Shown in pieces: positions 36,241-45,358 of a stretch of 64,000 nt of DNA. The stretch is from an uncultured Luteolibacter sp. (GTDB lineage Bacteria > Verrucomicrobiota > Verrucomicrobiia > Verrucomicrobiales > Akkermansiaceae). Positions within the stretch are counted from its first letter, which is position 1. Each line of letters starts with the position of its first letter. The position numbers were made by a program, and so were the translations under genes. The notes under the pieces were generated by a model, which saw only the letters and a list, made by a program, of their open reading frames with translations, had not been told where the DNA came from and ran no database searches. The stretch covers positions 16,481 to 80,480 of the forward strand of contig CAZMUK010000001.1 in the NCBI GenBank assembly GCA_964569415.1. Reading direction: 5' to 3'.

Positions 36241-37028
36241 GGTGCGGGTGGAGTCGGTGTCTGTTGGTCGGCCGGTCGGGGTTCCTGTTGCCTCTGTCCG
36301 CGCCTGGCGGCGCGTTTCTTTGCCATCCGGCGGGTGCCCCGTTTGGGCATTCCGTGGTTGCGGTGTTCGTGGATGTAGTCCTCGTAGGCGGCGATTCCTT
36401 CGTCGATATCGTCGAAAAAGTCCGCTTTGCCATCGCGCAGGAACAGGGCGGCTTGGCAGGACTGGCGCAGGGTCTTGAGATTGTGGGAGACGAAGATCAG
36501 CGAGGCGCGCGAGCGGATGTGCTCGAAAGCGGCCTTGGCCTTTTCGCGGAACAGGATGTCGCCCACCGAGGTGAGTTCGTCGATAAGGTAGACATCGAAG
36601 CGGAAGGCCATCGAGAGGCCGAAGCTGAGTCTGGCGCGCATGCCCGAGGAGTAGGTGTTGATGGGCATGTCGAAGTACTCGCCGATCTCCGCGAAGTCCG
36701 TGACCTGTCGCATCACCTCGCGGATCTGGTCGGGCGAGAGGCCGTTGATGCGGCAGACGAAGAGGACATTCTGCCGTCCGGTGAGTGAGCCCTGGAAGCC
36801 GGAGCTGAGGCCGAGCGGCCAGGAGATGTCCGAGTCGGTGATGATCGCTCCGGAGTCCGCCACTTCCGCGCCGCCGATCAGGCGCAGGAAGGTCGACTTG
36901 CCGGCGCCGTTGGGTCCGAGCACCGCGATGTTGACCTTGTCGGGAATCGTCAGCGAGACGCGGTCGAGCACGAAGCGCCGGCCGTTCTTGACCGGGTAGG
37001 ACTTCGAGACATCGCGCAGTTCGATCAT
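36237..37028 (-). CDS. kpsT: Capsule export ABC transporter ATP-binding protein KpsT
   Basis: MIELRDVSKSY, GPNGAGKST, YSSGMRARL, YLIDELTSVGD, FVSHN. Confidence 0.95.
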   Translation of the reverse strand: MIELRDVSKSYPVKNGRRFVLDRVSLTIPDKVNIAVLGPNGAGKSTFLRLIGGAEVADSGAIITDSDISWPLGLSSGFQGSLTGRQNVLFVCRINGLSPDQIREVMRQVTDFAEIGEYFDMPINTYSSGMRARLSFGLSMAFRFDVYLIDELTSVGDILFREKAKAAFEHIRSRASLIFVSHNLKTLRQSCQAALFLRDGKADFFDDIDEGIAAYEDYIHEHRNHGMPKRGTRRMAKKRAARRGQRQQEPRPADQQTPTPPAP

Positions 37029-37039
37029 GGTGTTGCCGT

Positions 37040-37843
37040 TTACCGGCTGCTGAGGTGGTTGCGGTGATTGTGGAACAGGGTGGCGCCCGCCGCCAGTGCG
37101 ATGACGGCGAAGGCGGCCGGGTAGGCGAGGTTGGCGCCTTCCGCGCGGTAGTAGGGGAAGAGGGCGTGGCGGCTGATCTCGATCGTGTGAACCAGCGGGT
37201 TGAGGAAGAGCAATTCCTGGGTGGCGGCGGGGAGTGCGGCGGTCGGGAACAGCACCGCCGAGATGAACAGCAGCGGTCGCTGGAGCACCGAGACGATTTT
37301 TTCGGTTTCCTCCACATAGGCGGCAGCCACGCCGAAAATCAGGCCGAAGCCGCAGCCGGTCAGCCAAGTGAGCACGTAGGCCGCCGCCAGTTCGTGGAGG
37401 CTGCCGAGCGAAATTTGCATGCCGATCCACATACTGATGACACAGAATATCACGAAGGAGAAGCCGGTGGTGATCAGTTCGAAGAGGAAGCGGGCGAGAA
37501 AGGGGTCGAGCGGCTTCACGGAGGGGTAGACCAACAGCCCCTGATTGGCGTTGAGGGCGTTGATGGCCGAGTTCATCGGGCCGGTGAACAGTTTCAGCAT
37601 AAGCATCCCATTGAGGAGGAAGAACGGGTAGGGGATTTCCGGGACGCTGCGTGCGGCGAGCGAGCCGATGATGATGCCGATTACGATCACGCCGAGGAGC
37701 GGTTCGAGCAGCATCCAGAACAGGCCGAGCCGGTATTTGCCGAAGCGGGTGGTCATTTCCCGCGCGATGAGGGCGCGCAACACCAGCACCTGGGTCATCC
37801 ACGGCGCGTGTTCCGGCAGCGGGATGGGGACGGGTTTGGACAT
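37040..37843 (-). CDS. kpsM: Capsule export ABC transporter permease KpsM
   Basis: ALIAREMTTRFGKYRLGLFWMLLEP, six TM segments, NPLVHTIEISR. Confidence 0.95.
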   Translation of the reverse strand: MSKPVPIPLPEHAPWMTQVLVLRALIAREMTTRFGKYRLGLFWMLLEPLLGVIVIGIIIGSLAARSVPEIPYPFFLLNGMLMLKLFTGPMNSAINALNANQGLLVYPSVKPLDPFLARFLFELITTGFSFVIFCVISMWIGMQISLGSLHELAAAYVLTWLTGCGFGLIFGVAAAYVEETEKIVSVLQRPLLFISAVLFPTAALPAATQELLFLNPLVHTIEISRHALFPYYRAEGANLAYPAAFAVIALAAGATLFHNHRNHLSSR

Positions 37844-37874
37844 GGTTGGCGGAGGCGGGTGGTCCGCTCCTTGC

Positions 37875-38351
37875 TCAGCGCAGCACCTTGGAGAGCGAGT
37901 AGGCCGAGACGGTCGTATGCATCAGGCGCGCCTTTTCCTTCGGCACCCCGTAGGCGAGCAGCAGATCGAGGAAGAGGCGGTCGGCCGTTCCGCGCGAGAT
38001 TCCGGGTTGGGTGAAGAGCCAGTCATGGAAGACCGCAGCCCAGGTTTCCGGGTGTTCGACTCCGTCGCCGAGGGATTTTTTGACCGATGAGGGGGCGGTG
38101 ATGCCATTGGAGGTGTAGCCGCGCTGGACGGTCCAAGTGCGGCCATCGAGGGTGACCATCCAAGGGCGGCGGACGCGGTAATGGCCGTTTTCGAGCCGAC
38201 GCAGGTTGGGAGCCTCTGGTTTGGCTTGGTTGCCCACCGGCTGCTTGCTGGTGCCCGGTCGTTGGAATGGCTGGGAGGCGGTGGGCTGGGCCGGGAGGCA
38301 AGCAGAGGACAGCACTACGACTGCGAGAGTTGCGGGGATCCGGAGCTTCAT
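37875..38351 (-). CDS. DUF1353 domain-containing exported protein
   Basis: Signal peptide; VQRGYTSNGIT, AAVFHDWLF, ADRLFLDLL are typical of DUF1353. Confidence 0.75.
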   Translation of the reverse strand: MKLRIPATLAVVVLSSACLPAQPTASQPFQRPGTSKQPVGNQAKPEAPNLRRLENGHYRVRRPWMVTLDGRTWTVQRGYTSNGITAPSSVKKSLGDGVEHPETWAAVFHDWLFTQPGISRGTADRLFLDLLLAYGVPKEKARLMHTTVSAYSLSKVLR

Positions 38352-38368
38352 CGGGTGGATGGTGCGGT

Positions 38369-39442
38369 TCAGTTTCCGTAGCGCGCTGCGGAGTTGGCAG
38401 CTTGCGAGATGGAGATCGGCAGGATTTGGGTGATGAGGCGGTTCCAGCGACTCAGCGGGGCCTCAGTCACATAGACGAGATCCTGTCCCTTGATCGGGAA
38501 TTTCTGCACGAGGGGCAGCACCGAGGGGTTCCTGAGGTCGAAGGTGTAAACGGTGGATGGCGAGCCCGGGCGGAACACGAAGAGGCCCGATGGGTCGGAG
38601 CGTTGTTCGTTGAAGCCGATGCCTGCGCCCAGTGCGTCGGCAAGGGTCGGGTGTGGTGAGGGGAAGGGAACGGTGGTGGGCTTGTTGACCGCACCCATCA
38701 CATGGAAGCGGTTGTCCTCGTCGGCGGTGAGCGTGATTAGGTCCCCTTCCTCAAGTGGGAACGGATTGGCGCGGAAGCCGAGATAATCGAAGCGGTAGTC
38801 CCTGCCACCACGACGCACCAGATAATGGAAGAGGTGCTCCGCCTCGCCGGGGCCTCCAGCCGCGGCCAGTGCATCGACGGAGGTCAGGCCTTTGCGGTCC
38901 AGAGGCACGGGCCCGGGGTTGCGGACTTTTCCCAGCACGTTGGCCGTCCGGTCGAGCCGGCCACTCCGCGAAACATTCACCTGAGCGGTTTTGGAAATCG
39001 GGCGAACCTTTTCCGCAAGGTCGGCGGCCACCTCGGCGAGGCTGCGGTCGATGACCTGGAGCGCCCCGACATACGGGATGGAGACCAGTCCATCCTCCGG
39101 CACCTCGAGCGGGCCGTAGCGGAAGACGGATCCTTTGGAGTAAAACGGACTCTGCTCGGACAGATCCGTCACGACAAACACGAGATTGTCGCGCGCCCGG
39201 ATGCGGTCCGAGTATCCCTCGCCCTTCATGCGCGGGGGCACTTGGGCAAGACCGTAGCTGCGGCTGCGGCGGGGAACCTGAGTCTCGGAGCGTACCTCAA
39301 CAAGTTCGAAGGCCCCGGCCTGTGCTTGATCCTGTATCGTTCCCTTCAAGGGCCCGGTGCCCGAGAGCAGCGAGCAGCAGGGGAGGGCGAGCGAGAGAGC
39401 CGGGATGGCGGGGCGGAGAAGGATCGACCGGCTCAAGGACAT
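38369..39442 (-). CDS. Polysaccharide export outer-membrane lipoprotein (Wza/CtrA/BexD type; KpsD equivalent)
   Basis: Hydrophobic leader ending in Cys, DGLVSIPYVGALQV (Poly_export motif), SLBB-like repeats, DLVYVTEAPLSRWNR. Start placed at MSLSR; the ORF extends to 39553. Confidence 0.9.
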   Translation of the reverse strand: MSLSRSILLRPAIPALSLALPCCSLLSGTGPLKGTIQDQAQAGAFELVEVRSETQVPRRSRSYGLAQVPPRMKGEGYSDRIRARDNLVFVVTDLSEQSPFYSKGSVFRYGPLEVPEDGLVSIPYVGALQVIDRSLAEVAADLAEKVRPISKTAQVNVSRSGRLDRTANVLGKVRNPGPVPLDRKGLTSVDALAAAGGPGEAEHLFHYLVRRGGRDYRFDYLGFRANPFPLEEGDLITLTADEDNRFHVMGAVNKPTTVPFPSPHPTLADALGAGIGFNEQRSDPSGLFVFRPGSPSTVYTFDLRNPSVLPLVQKFPIKGQDLVYVTEAPLSRWNRLITQILPISISQAANSAARYGN

Positions 39443-39617
39443 AGCGAGGAGGATACGGCGGCGGTTCCGAGAGGCTGATGCCGCTGGGTAGAGGCGCATA
39501 CCGGACCGGGTTTTGAACCGCCGGACGCAGGGTTTGTCAAGCACCGCAGGCATTCATCGGCAGCGGTGGCACGAGGAATTCCTGATGGATCGTCGCCGCG
39601 GGTACGAGCGGCAGGCT

Positions 39618-41018
39618 TCATGATTCCCCGGAAGGCTCCGGCATCGGGGCCTGACCTTTCCCGAAAAACCGCTGCTGGAACGGAATGGGCCACTGGATGC
39701 GGCAGCGGCCGGGGACATTGAAGCAGCGTTGGGAGAGGGTGCCGCGGCCCTGATTGGTGGCAAGGAGGAGGTGAAGAAACTCGGTGACGCGTCTGGCCTT
39801 CGGCCGCTTTGCCTTGGTCCAAAACTCGTCGAGTCCGCCCTGAAAGGTCAACTCCGGCAGGTCGTAGACCGCGCGGCCCAGGGTGATGACCGGCGCATGG
39901 TGGATCAGGCCGGAAATGCCCACCGAGCTGTTGATGTTGACCACACCGCGGGCATGTTCGAGCAGGGTCGGGAGGTGGACCCGGTCGACATAGAGCAGGC
40001 GCCCCCCGCCCAGTCGGTGGTCGAGGCCGGCGATGAGGTCGGTGTAGTCCTTGTAGCCGCGGTCCATCGGGTGGACCTTGAAGACCAGTTTGGTATCGCG
40101 CGGCGCATGGGCGGCGAAGGAGCGCACCACGCGTTTGATGAATTGCTCGATCGACGCGAAATCCGAGCACATCAGGATCTGGGTATCGCTGTGAACCTGG
40201 AGCGGCACCGCGTAGTAGTTTCCCGAGAGCGTGCCGGCGAAAAGGTCGTCGTACTCCGCGTCTCTCCTCCGTTCGAAGAAGCGCCAGAGATGGATCGCAC
40301 TGTGCTTGAGGTGGTGCAGGAGGTTCATCCTGCGTTGGTCGACAAAGTGGGGAAACAGCGGCGAAGTGATGCGGCTGAACAGGTAATTGGCGACGAAGGC
40401 GGTCAGCTTGGCCGGAGTGCTCACTTGGCGGATCTGAGGCGGGATTTCCCGTGGCTGCGGCGCTTCGGCTTCTCCGTTGAGGATGCCTTGCCAAGCGGCG
40501 GGAATCGCCTCGGCCGGGACCTGTTCGCGACTGAAGACCATCACGCAGTTCGGGCGGATGAGTCCGAGTTCAAAGACTTGGCAGCCGAGGCCGAGTTCGT
40601 GCGCCAGTCTCCACGCCACTTGGTTGTAGGGGCGGTAGTGGTTGTAGAGAAACAAGGTGTCGTAGCCGTGGTCCGCGATCAATTTGCGGAGCCACATTTC
40701 AAAACCGGCCAGCGGCGCGCGGTAGGTGTGGGTGGGGATTCCGCGGAGTTTGTAGATCAGGTCCGGGGCGCAGAGCAGCACCTTGCCCACCTCGTGTCCG
40801 GCGTCTCGCAGGTCCTTGGCGAGCAAGGACATCCCGGCCTCCCAGTCGCCCTGCACGATCAGGATGCGCTTTCCGGGCGCCGCGGAGGGAGCGCCGCTTG
40901 TTCCTGCAGCCGAAGTGGAATCCGACACAGCGGGGTCTCCGGTCAGCAGCAGGTCCATCACCTCGCCAGCCGCCAAGCCTCCCTCGGCCTGACGAAAGCT
41001 GGGCGATTCGGCGAGCAT
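39618..41018 (-). CDS. kpsS: Capsule biosynthesis protein KpsS (Capsule_synth beta-Kdo transferase)
   Basis: FELGLIRPNCV, VPLQVHSDTQI, VFKVHPMDRGY, NINSSVGISGL, LGRAVYD. An alternative start is at 40958. Confidence 0.9.
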   Translation of the reverse strand: MLAESPSFRQAEGGLAAGEVMDLLLTGDPAVSDSTSAAGTSGAPSAAPGKRILIVQGDWEAGMSLLAKDLRDAGHEVGKVLLCAPDLIYKLRGIPTHTYRAPLAGFEMWLRKLIADHGYDTLFLYNHYRPYNQVAWRLAHELGLGCQVFELGLIRPNCVMVFSREQVPAEAIPAAWQGILNGEAEAPQPREIPPQIRQVSTPAKLTAFVANYLFSRITSPLFPHFVDQRRMNLLHHLKHSAIHLWRFFERRRDAEYDDLFAGTLSGNYYAVPLQVHSDTQILMCSDFASIEQFIKRVVRSFAAHAPRDTKLVFKVHPMDRGYKDYTDLIAGLDHRLGGGRLLYVDRVHLPTLLEHARGVVNINSSVGISGLIHHAPVITLGRAVYDLPELTFQGGLDEFWTKAKRPKARRVTEFLHLLLATNQGRGTLSQRCFNVPGRCRIQWPIPFQQRFFGKGQAPMPEPSGES

Positions 41019-41461
41019 GGCGGTTGGCGAAAAAAGGGGGGAGCGGAGCCGGTCTGACGCAGCCCGGCACTCCCGGCAACAGACCGGGCAATCCTAAGGA
41101 GAGGCCGGGTTCCGTCAATCTCAGAACCCAAGGCAATGCCTGTTGCCCCAAAAGTTTTGACACCGGGTGAGCTTGGCTTAGGGGGCTGGAGAAGCTCGTT
41201 GACTCAAAAAAGGATGACACCGGCAACCAAAGGAATGCCGATGAGTCGAAAAAATGGCTGGAGGAGTGCTGCCGCGCCTGCGGCAGCGGTAGGCGGGGCG
41301 AGGCCGGGAAGGCCGGCTGCAGAGGCGGATTCTGGGCAGAAACCTAAAAAAGGGTCTGTCCCTCTATACGATTTCCCCGCTGCACCGAAGGCATCCCCTC
41401 TCGGCATTTCCGAATTTCAGCTTTTCAGCATTTACCATCAAAACATCAAAAGAGTCTTTAT

Positions 41462-41481
41462 ATTATATACATTATGTATAT
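41462..41481 (-). promoter_or_regulatory. AT-rich putative promoter (-10 TATAAT on the minus strand) overlapped by a perfect 17-bp palindrome
   Basis: attata at 41462-41467 is TATAAT on the minus strand, facing kpsS. atatacat-t-atgtatat at 41465-41481 is a perfect inverted repeat inside an AT-rich island in a GC-rich genome. Confidence 0.5.
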
Positions 41482-41582
41482 TCTTTCGTGTGCTTTCACC
41501 AAGCCGCCGCTACTTGAGCCAGCCCTCGATGCGCCCAGCCCCATTCACCGTTCACCGCTTCCCAAGTTCGGCCTTTCAGCCT

Positions 41583-41876
41583 CTACCTTGCGCCCGACTC
41601 TTGGCGCAGCAGCCGGTCGGCGAAAAAGGGACCGGCCGGCAGGAGTGAGGCGATTCCGAGAAGAAACGCGGTCCGCAGGGAAATGAGGCCACGCCCCCAG
41701 GCACCGAGGACGAGCATGCCGAGCACGACAAAAAGCACCCCGTGCCCCCAGCCGACCAGGGTGACCGCAAAGGGCTGTCCGAGGAGATACTTGAGCGGCA
41801 TCGCCACCACCAGCAGCAGGAGAAACGACACCCCCTCGCAGAGCGACGCGACACGCAGGGTTCTCAAAAGCGTCAT
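41583..41876 (-). CDS. DUF3817 family small membrane protein
   Basis: LRVASLCEGVSFLLLLVVAMPLKY, GWGHGVLF, SLLPAGPFFADR. Confidence 0.85.
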   Translation of the reverse strand: MTLLRTLRVASLCEGVSFLLLLVVAMPLKYLLGQPFAVTLVGWGHGVLFVVLGMLVLGAWGRGLISLRTAFLLGIASLLPAGPFFADRLLRQESGAR

Positions 41877-42178
41877 CGACGCACCCTTGCCCCGAATCCC
41901 CGGACCGGCAAACCGGATTTTCCCAACCCGGAAAGCTCTGCCTGCTCTCGTTCATGGTCGGCAAGCAACGCGCCCCGCCCGCGCCCACAGGCCACCTCAT
42001 CGGAATCGCCGCTTGCCCGAAGCAAGAGGCGCGGCTACCCAAGGGCTCCCTCATTCGACTGCCGGAATCCCGATGACGGGAAAACCGACGGGAGAAGAAG
42101 GACCCAGCCTTTGCCGAACCATCCATCAGGTTGCCGCGGCCGCCCCGGCCAACCAAGGGCGGCAGCCTGCCGCGAAAT

Positions 42179-42730
42179 ATGCCATCGGCCCCGAAATCGC
42201 GACCCGCACTTCTCCTCGACCGTGATGGAGTAGTCAATGTGGACACGGGATACCTCCGCCATTCGTCGGAGATGGTGTTCATGGAGGGGATCTTCGAGCT
42301 GTGCCGGGAGGCGCAGGGAAAAGGGTATCTGCTGGTGATTGTGACCAACCAATCGGGGATCGGCAGGGGCTTGTTCACCCATGAGGAGTACGGCGACCTG
42401 ACGGAATGGATGCTGGGGGAGTTCCGCGCGGCGGGGTGTCCGATCGATCTGGTGAAACATTGCCCCGCACTGCCGGATAGCGGCGATCCGAACCGCAAGC
42501 CGGCCCCGGGAATGATTCTCGATGCGGCACAAGCCCTCGACATCGATCTGGCAAACAGCATCATGATCGGCGATCGCGCCAGCGACATGCTCGCGGGCAG
42601 CAGCGCGGGGGTGGGCTGCCTGCTGCTGCTGGGCGCCGGGGAGGACGGCGGGGTCCATGGCGTGACGCGGATCGCGGAGCTCGGGAACGCCATCAAACAT
42701 TTGATATCATTTTCCCATGGAGAACAGTGA
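42179..42730 (+). CDS. gmhB: D-glycero-manno-heptose 1,7-bisphosphate phosphatase-like HAD IIIA phosphatase
   Basis: LLLDRDGVVN, VTNQSGIGRG, RKPAPGMIL, MIGDRASD. Confidence 0.9.
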   Translation: MPSAPKSRPALLLDRDGVVNVDTGYLRHSSEMVFMEGIFELCREAQGKGYLLVIVTNQSGIGRGLFTHEEYGDLTEWMLGEFRAAGCPIDLVKHCPALPDSGDPNRKPAPGMILDAAQALDIDLANSIMIGDRASDMLAGSSAGVGCLLLLGAGEDGGVHGVTRIAELGNAIKHLISFSHGEQ

Positions 42731-43295
42731 CTGCCGGGCCTATCTGGCCACCCTGCGCGGGGCGTTGGAATCACCGGCCTTCGAGCGGGTGCCCGAACTC
42801 GCGCGCGCCCTCGCCGGGGTGAGGGAACGCGGAAATTGCGTGTACCTTTGCGGCAACGGCGGCAGCGGCGGCAACGCGCTTCACCTGGCAAACGACCTGA
42901 TCTTCGGCGCCGGCGGAAAGGGCGGCCACGGACTGCGCGTCGAGGCGCTCCCGGCCAACGCCGCGGTGCTCACCTGCCTCGCGAATGATCTGGGGTACGC
43001 AGAGGTGTTCTCGCGCCAACTCCGCATCAAGGGCCGCCCGGGCGATCTGTTGATCGTGCTTTCGGGAAGCGGCAATTCCCCGAATGTCGTGCGCGCCCTC
43101 GAAACGGCGAAGGAACTGGGGGTGCAGAGCGCGGCGATCCTTGCCTTCGGCGGAGGACGCTGCGCGGAACTCGCCGACATCGTCCTGCACTTCGAACTGG
43201 ACGACATGCAGGTGGCGGAGGATCTGCAATTGGTGGTCGGCCACATGATCGTGCAGTGGCTGGCGCGCATCGCCAACGAATCCACCGACGCATGA
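42717..43295 (+). CDS. gmhA: Phosphoheptose isomerase-like SIS domain protein
   Basis: CGNGGSGGNALH, ANDLGYAEVFSRQ, SGSGNSPNV, AEDLQLVVGH. Confidence 0.88.
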   Translation: MENSDCRAYLATLRGALESPAFERVPELARALAGVRERGNCVYLCGNGGSGGNALHLANDLIFGAGGKGGHGLRVEALPANAAVLTCLANDLGYAEVFSRQLRIKGRPGDLLIVLSGSGNSPNVVRALETAKELGVQSAAILAFGGGRCAELADIVLHFELDDMQVAEDLQLVVGHMIVQWLARIANESTDA

Positions 43296-44314
43296 ACCTT
43301 TCTCCCGCCCTATCGGATCCGCCGCGCATCGTGGTGATCGGCAGCAACTCCTTCTCCGGAGCGGGCTTCGTGTCGCGTTGCCTGCGCGAAGGCTGGGAGG
43401 TGCTGGGGATCAGCCGTTCGCCCGAGGCGGATCCGGTATTCCTGCCCTACCGTTGGGACATCGCGGCAGACGACCTCGCACGCTTCCGTTTCCTGCAGCT
43501 CGACCTCAACCGCGACACCGATGCGGTGGTCGATGCCGTCGCGGAACAACCCTCGATCGTGGTGAACTTCGCGGCCCAAGGCATGGTGGCCGAAAGTTGG
43601 GAGCGTCCCGTCGACTGGTACCGCACGAATGTCCTGGCCAATGTCGCGCTGCACGAGGGCCTGCGCCGCATCGAAAGCCTGCAGCGCTATGTGCATGTCT
43701 CCACGCCTGAGGTCTACGGCGGCATCACGGGCGAGGTGAACGAGGACCAACCCTTCGATCCCAGCACCCCCTACGCCGCATCGCGCGCCGCCTGCGAACT
43801 GCACCTGCGCACCTTCATCAGGCAGTACCGTTTCCCCGCGGTGATCACGCGCGCGGCGAATGTCTGCGGCCCGGGCCAGCAGCTCTATCGCATCATCCCG
43901 CGCACCCTGCTTTTCCTCGCGCTCGGCAAGCGCCTGAGTCTGCACGGCGGCGGACGCTCGGTGCGCTCGTTCATCCACATTGACGATGTTGCCTGCGGCA
44001 CCTTGCTCGCCGCCCTCCGCGCCGAACCGGGCGATGCCTTCCATTTCTCGACCCGCCGCGCGGTGTCGATCCACGAACTGGTCGCGATGATCTGCGATCA
44101 AGCGGGCATCGCGATCGGCGACTTCGTCGAAAATGTCCCGGACCGCCCGGGCAAGGATCCGTCCTACTTGCTCGACAGCACCCGCGCGCGCACCCGGCTC
44201 GGCTGGGACGACAGGATCACCCTCGAGGAAATCATCCGCGGAACCTCGGAGTGGATCCACTCCAACCTCGACCGCCTGCGCGAACTTCCCCATCACTACA
44301 TTCACCAACCCTGA
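43292..44314 (+). CDS. NAD-dependent NDP-sugar 4,6-dehydratase/epimerase
   Basis: GSNSFSG, NFAAQGMVAESW, HVSTPEVYG, YAASR, RSFIHIDD. ATGA-coupled. Confidence 0.87.
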   Translation: MNLSPALSDPPRIVVIGSNSFSGAGFVSRCLREGWEVLGISRSPEADPVFLPYRWDIAADDLARFRFLQLDLNRDTDAVVDAVAEQPSIVVNFAAQGMVAESWERPVDWYRTNVLANVALHEGLRRIESLQRYVHVSTPEVYGGITGEVNEDQPFDPSTPYAASRAACELHLRTFIRQYRFPAVITRAANVCGPGQQLYRIIPRTLLFLALGKRLSLHGGGRSVRSFIHIDDVACGTLLAALRAEPGDAFHFSTRRAVSIHELVAMICDQAGIAIGDFVENVPDRPGKDPSYLLDSTRARTRLGWDDRITLEEIIRGTSEWIHSNLDRLRELPHHYIHQP

Positions 44315-44323
44315 CGAATCACC

Positions 44324-45358
44324 ATGGCACGCATTCTAGTCACCGGAGGCTTCGGCTATGTGGGCAGCCGGCTTGTTCCCCATCTTCTTGAAAAAGGCCA
44401 CGATGTGCGGGTGATCGACCTGATGCTCTACGGCGACGGCGGGCTCCACGCGCTGGAGGCGACGCCCGGCCATGCGGCCAGGCGCGAACGCTTCGGTCTC
44501 GTCCGCGGCGACATCCGCGACCCGCAGGCCGTGCGCAAGGCGCTGGAGGACCGCGATACGGTCATCCATCTCGCAGCGATCTCCAACGATCCCACCGGCG
44601 AGGTCGACGAGGTGCTCACGCGACAGGTGAATTTCGACGCGATCGGGATGCTGCTGACCCTCGCGCGCGAGGCGGGTGTGAACCGATTCATCAATGCCTC
44701 GTCCTCCAGCGTCTTCGGCGCACGCAGCGAGTCGGAAATCGACGAACGCCTCGAACCGGAGCCGATCACGACCTATTCGAAATACAAGGCCCTCTCCGAG
44801 TGGTTGGTGCTGGCGGCGGGATCGTCCGGGTTCTGCGCGGTGAATGTGCGTCCGGCGACGATCTGCGGGTATTCCCCGCGCCAACGCTTCGACCTCACGG
44901 TCAACAAGCTCACCGCCGACGCGATCACCAAGGGAGTAATCACCGTGCACGGCGGCGAGCAGCGCCGTCCGAATGTGGGCATGACCGACATGATCAACCT
45001 CTACGCCCTGCTCGTCGAAACCCCGGCGGAGTCGATCAACGGCCGCACCTTCAACTTCGGTTTCGAAAACCACAAGGTGATCGACATCGCCGAAATCATC
45101 CGGTCCGAGCTGGCCGACCGCAATGTCTCGATCGAAGTCACCTCGACCCTTGATCACCGCGACTACCACATTTCCTCGCGGCACATCCTCGAGGAACTGG
45201 GCTACCGGCCGACCAGCAGCATCCGCGCCGAGGTGGCGGAGCTGCGCCGCGCGATCGAAGGAGGCGCCTTCACCGACACCGACGACCCGCTGTACTACAA
45301 CATGCGCTGCATGAAGCTGGGCCGCGACGCCCGTTGCACGGAACTCATCGCCCGATGA
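44324..45358 (+). CDS. NAD-dependent NDP-sugar epimerase/dehydratase (extended SDR)
   Basis: TGGFGYVG, HLAAISNDP, ASSSSVFG, YSKYK, RQRFDLTVN. Confidence 0.88.
   Translation: MARILVTGGFGYVGSRLVPHLLEKGHDVRVIDLMLYGDGGLHALEATPGHAARRERFGLVRGDIRDPQAVRKALEDRDTVIHLAAISNDPTGEVDEVLTRQVNFDAIGMLLTLAREAGVNRFINASSSSVFGARSESEIDERLEPEPITTYSKYKALSEWLVLAAGSSGFCAVNVRPATICGYSPRQRFDLTVNKLTADAITKGVITVHGGEQRRPNVGMTDMINLYALLVETPAESINGRTFNFGFENHKVIDIAEIIRSELADRNVSIEVTSTLDHRDYHISSRHILEELGYRPTSSIRAEVAELRRAIEGGAFTDTDDPLYYNMRCMKLGRDARCTELIAR

Noticed and set aside
36241-37317. Upstream extension of the 732-aa ORF 35119-37317 and of 36237-37802
   Set aside because: These overlap kpsT and kpsM; the real starts are 36240 (kpsE) and 37028 (kpsT).
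41346-41363. aaaaaagggtctgtccct, REP-like palindrome
   Set aside because: Only a 4-bp stem, a single copy, and no associated transposase.
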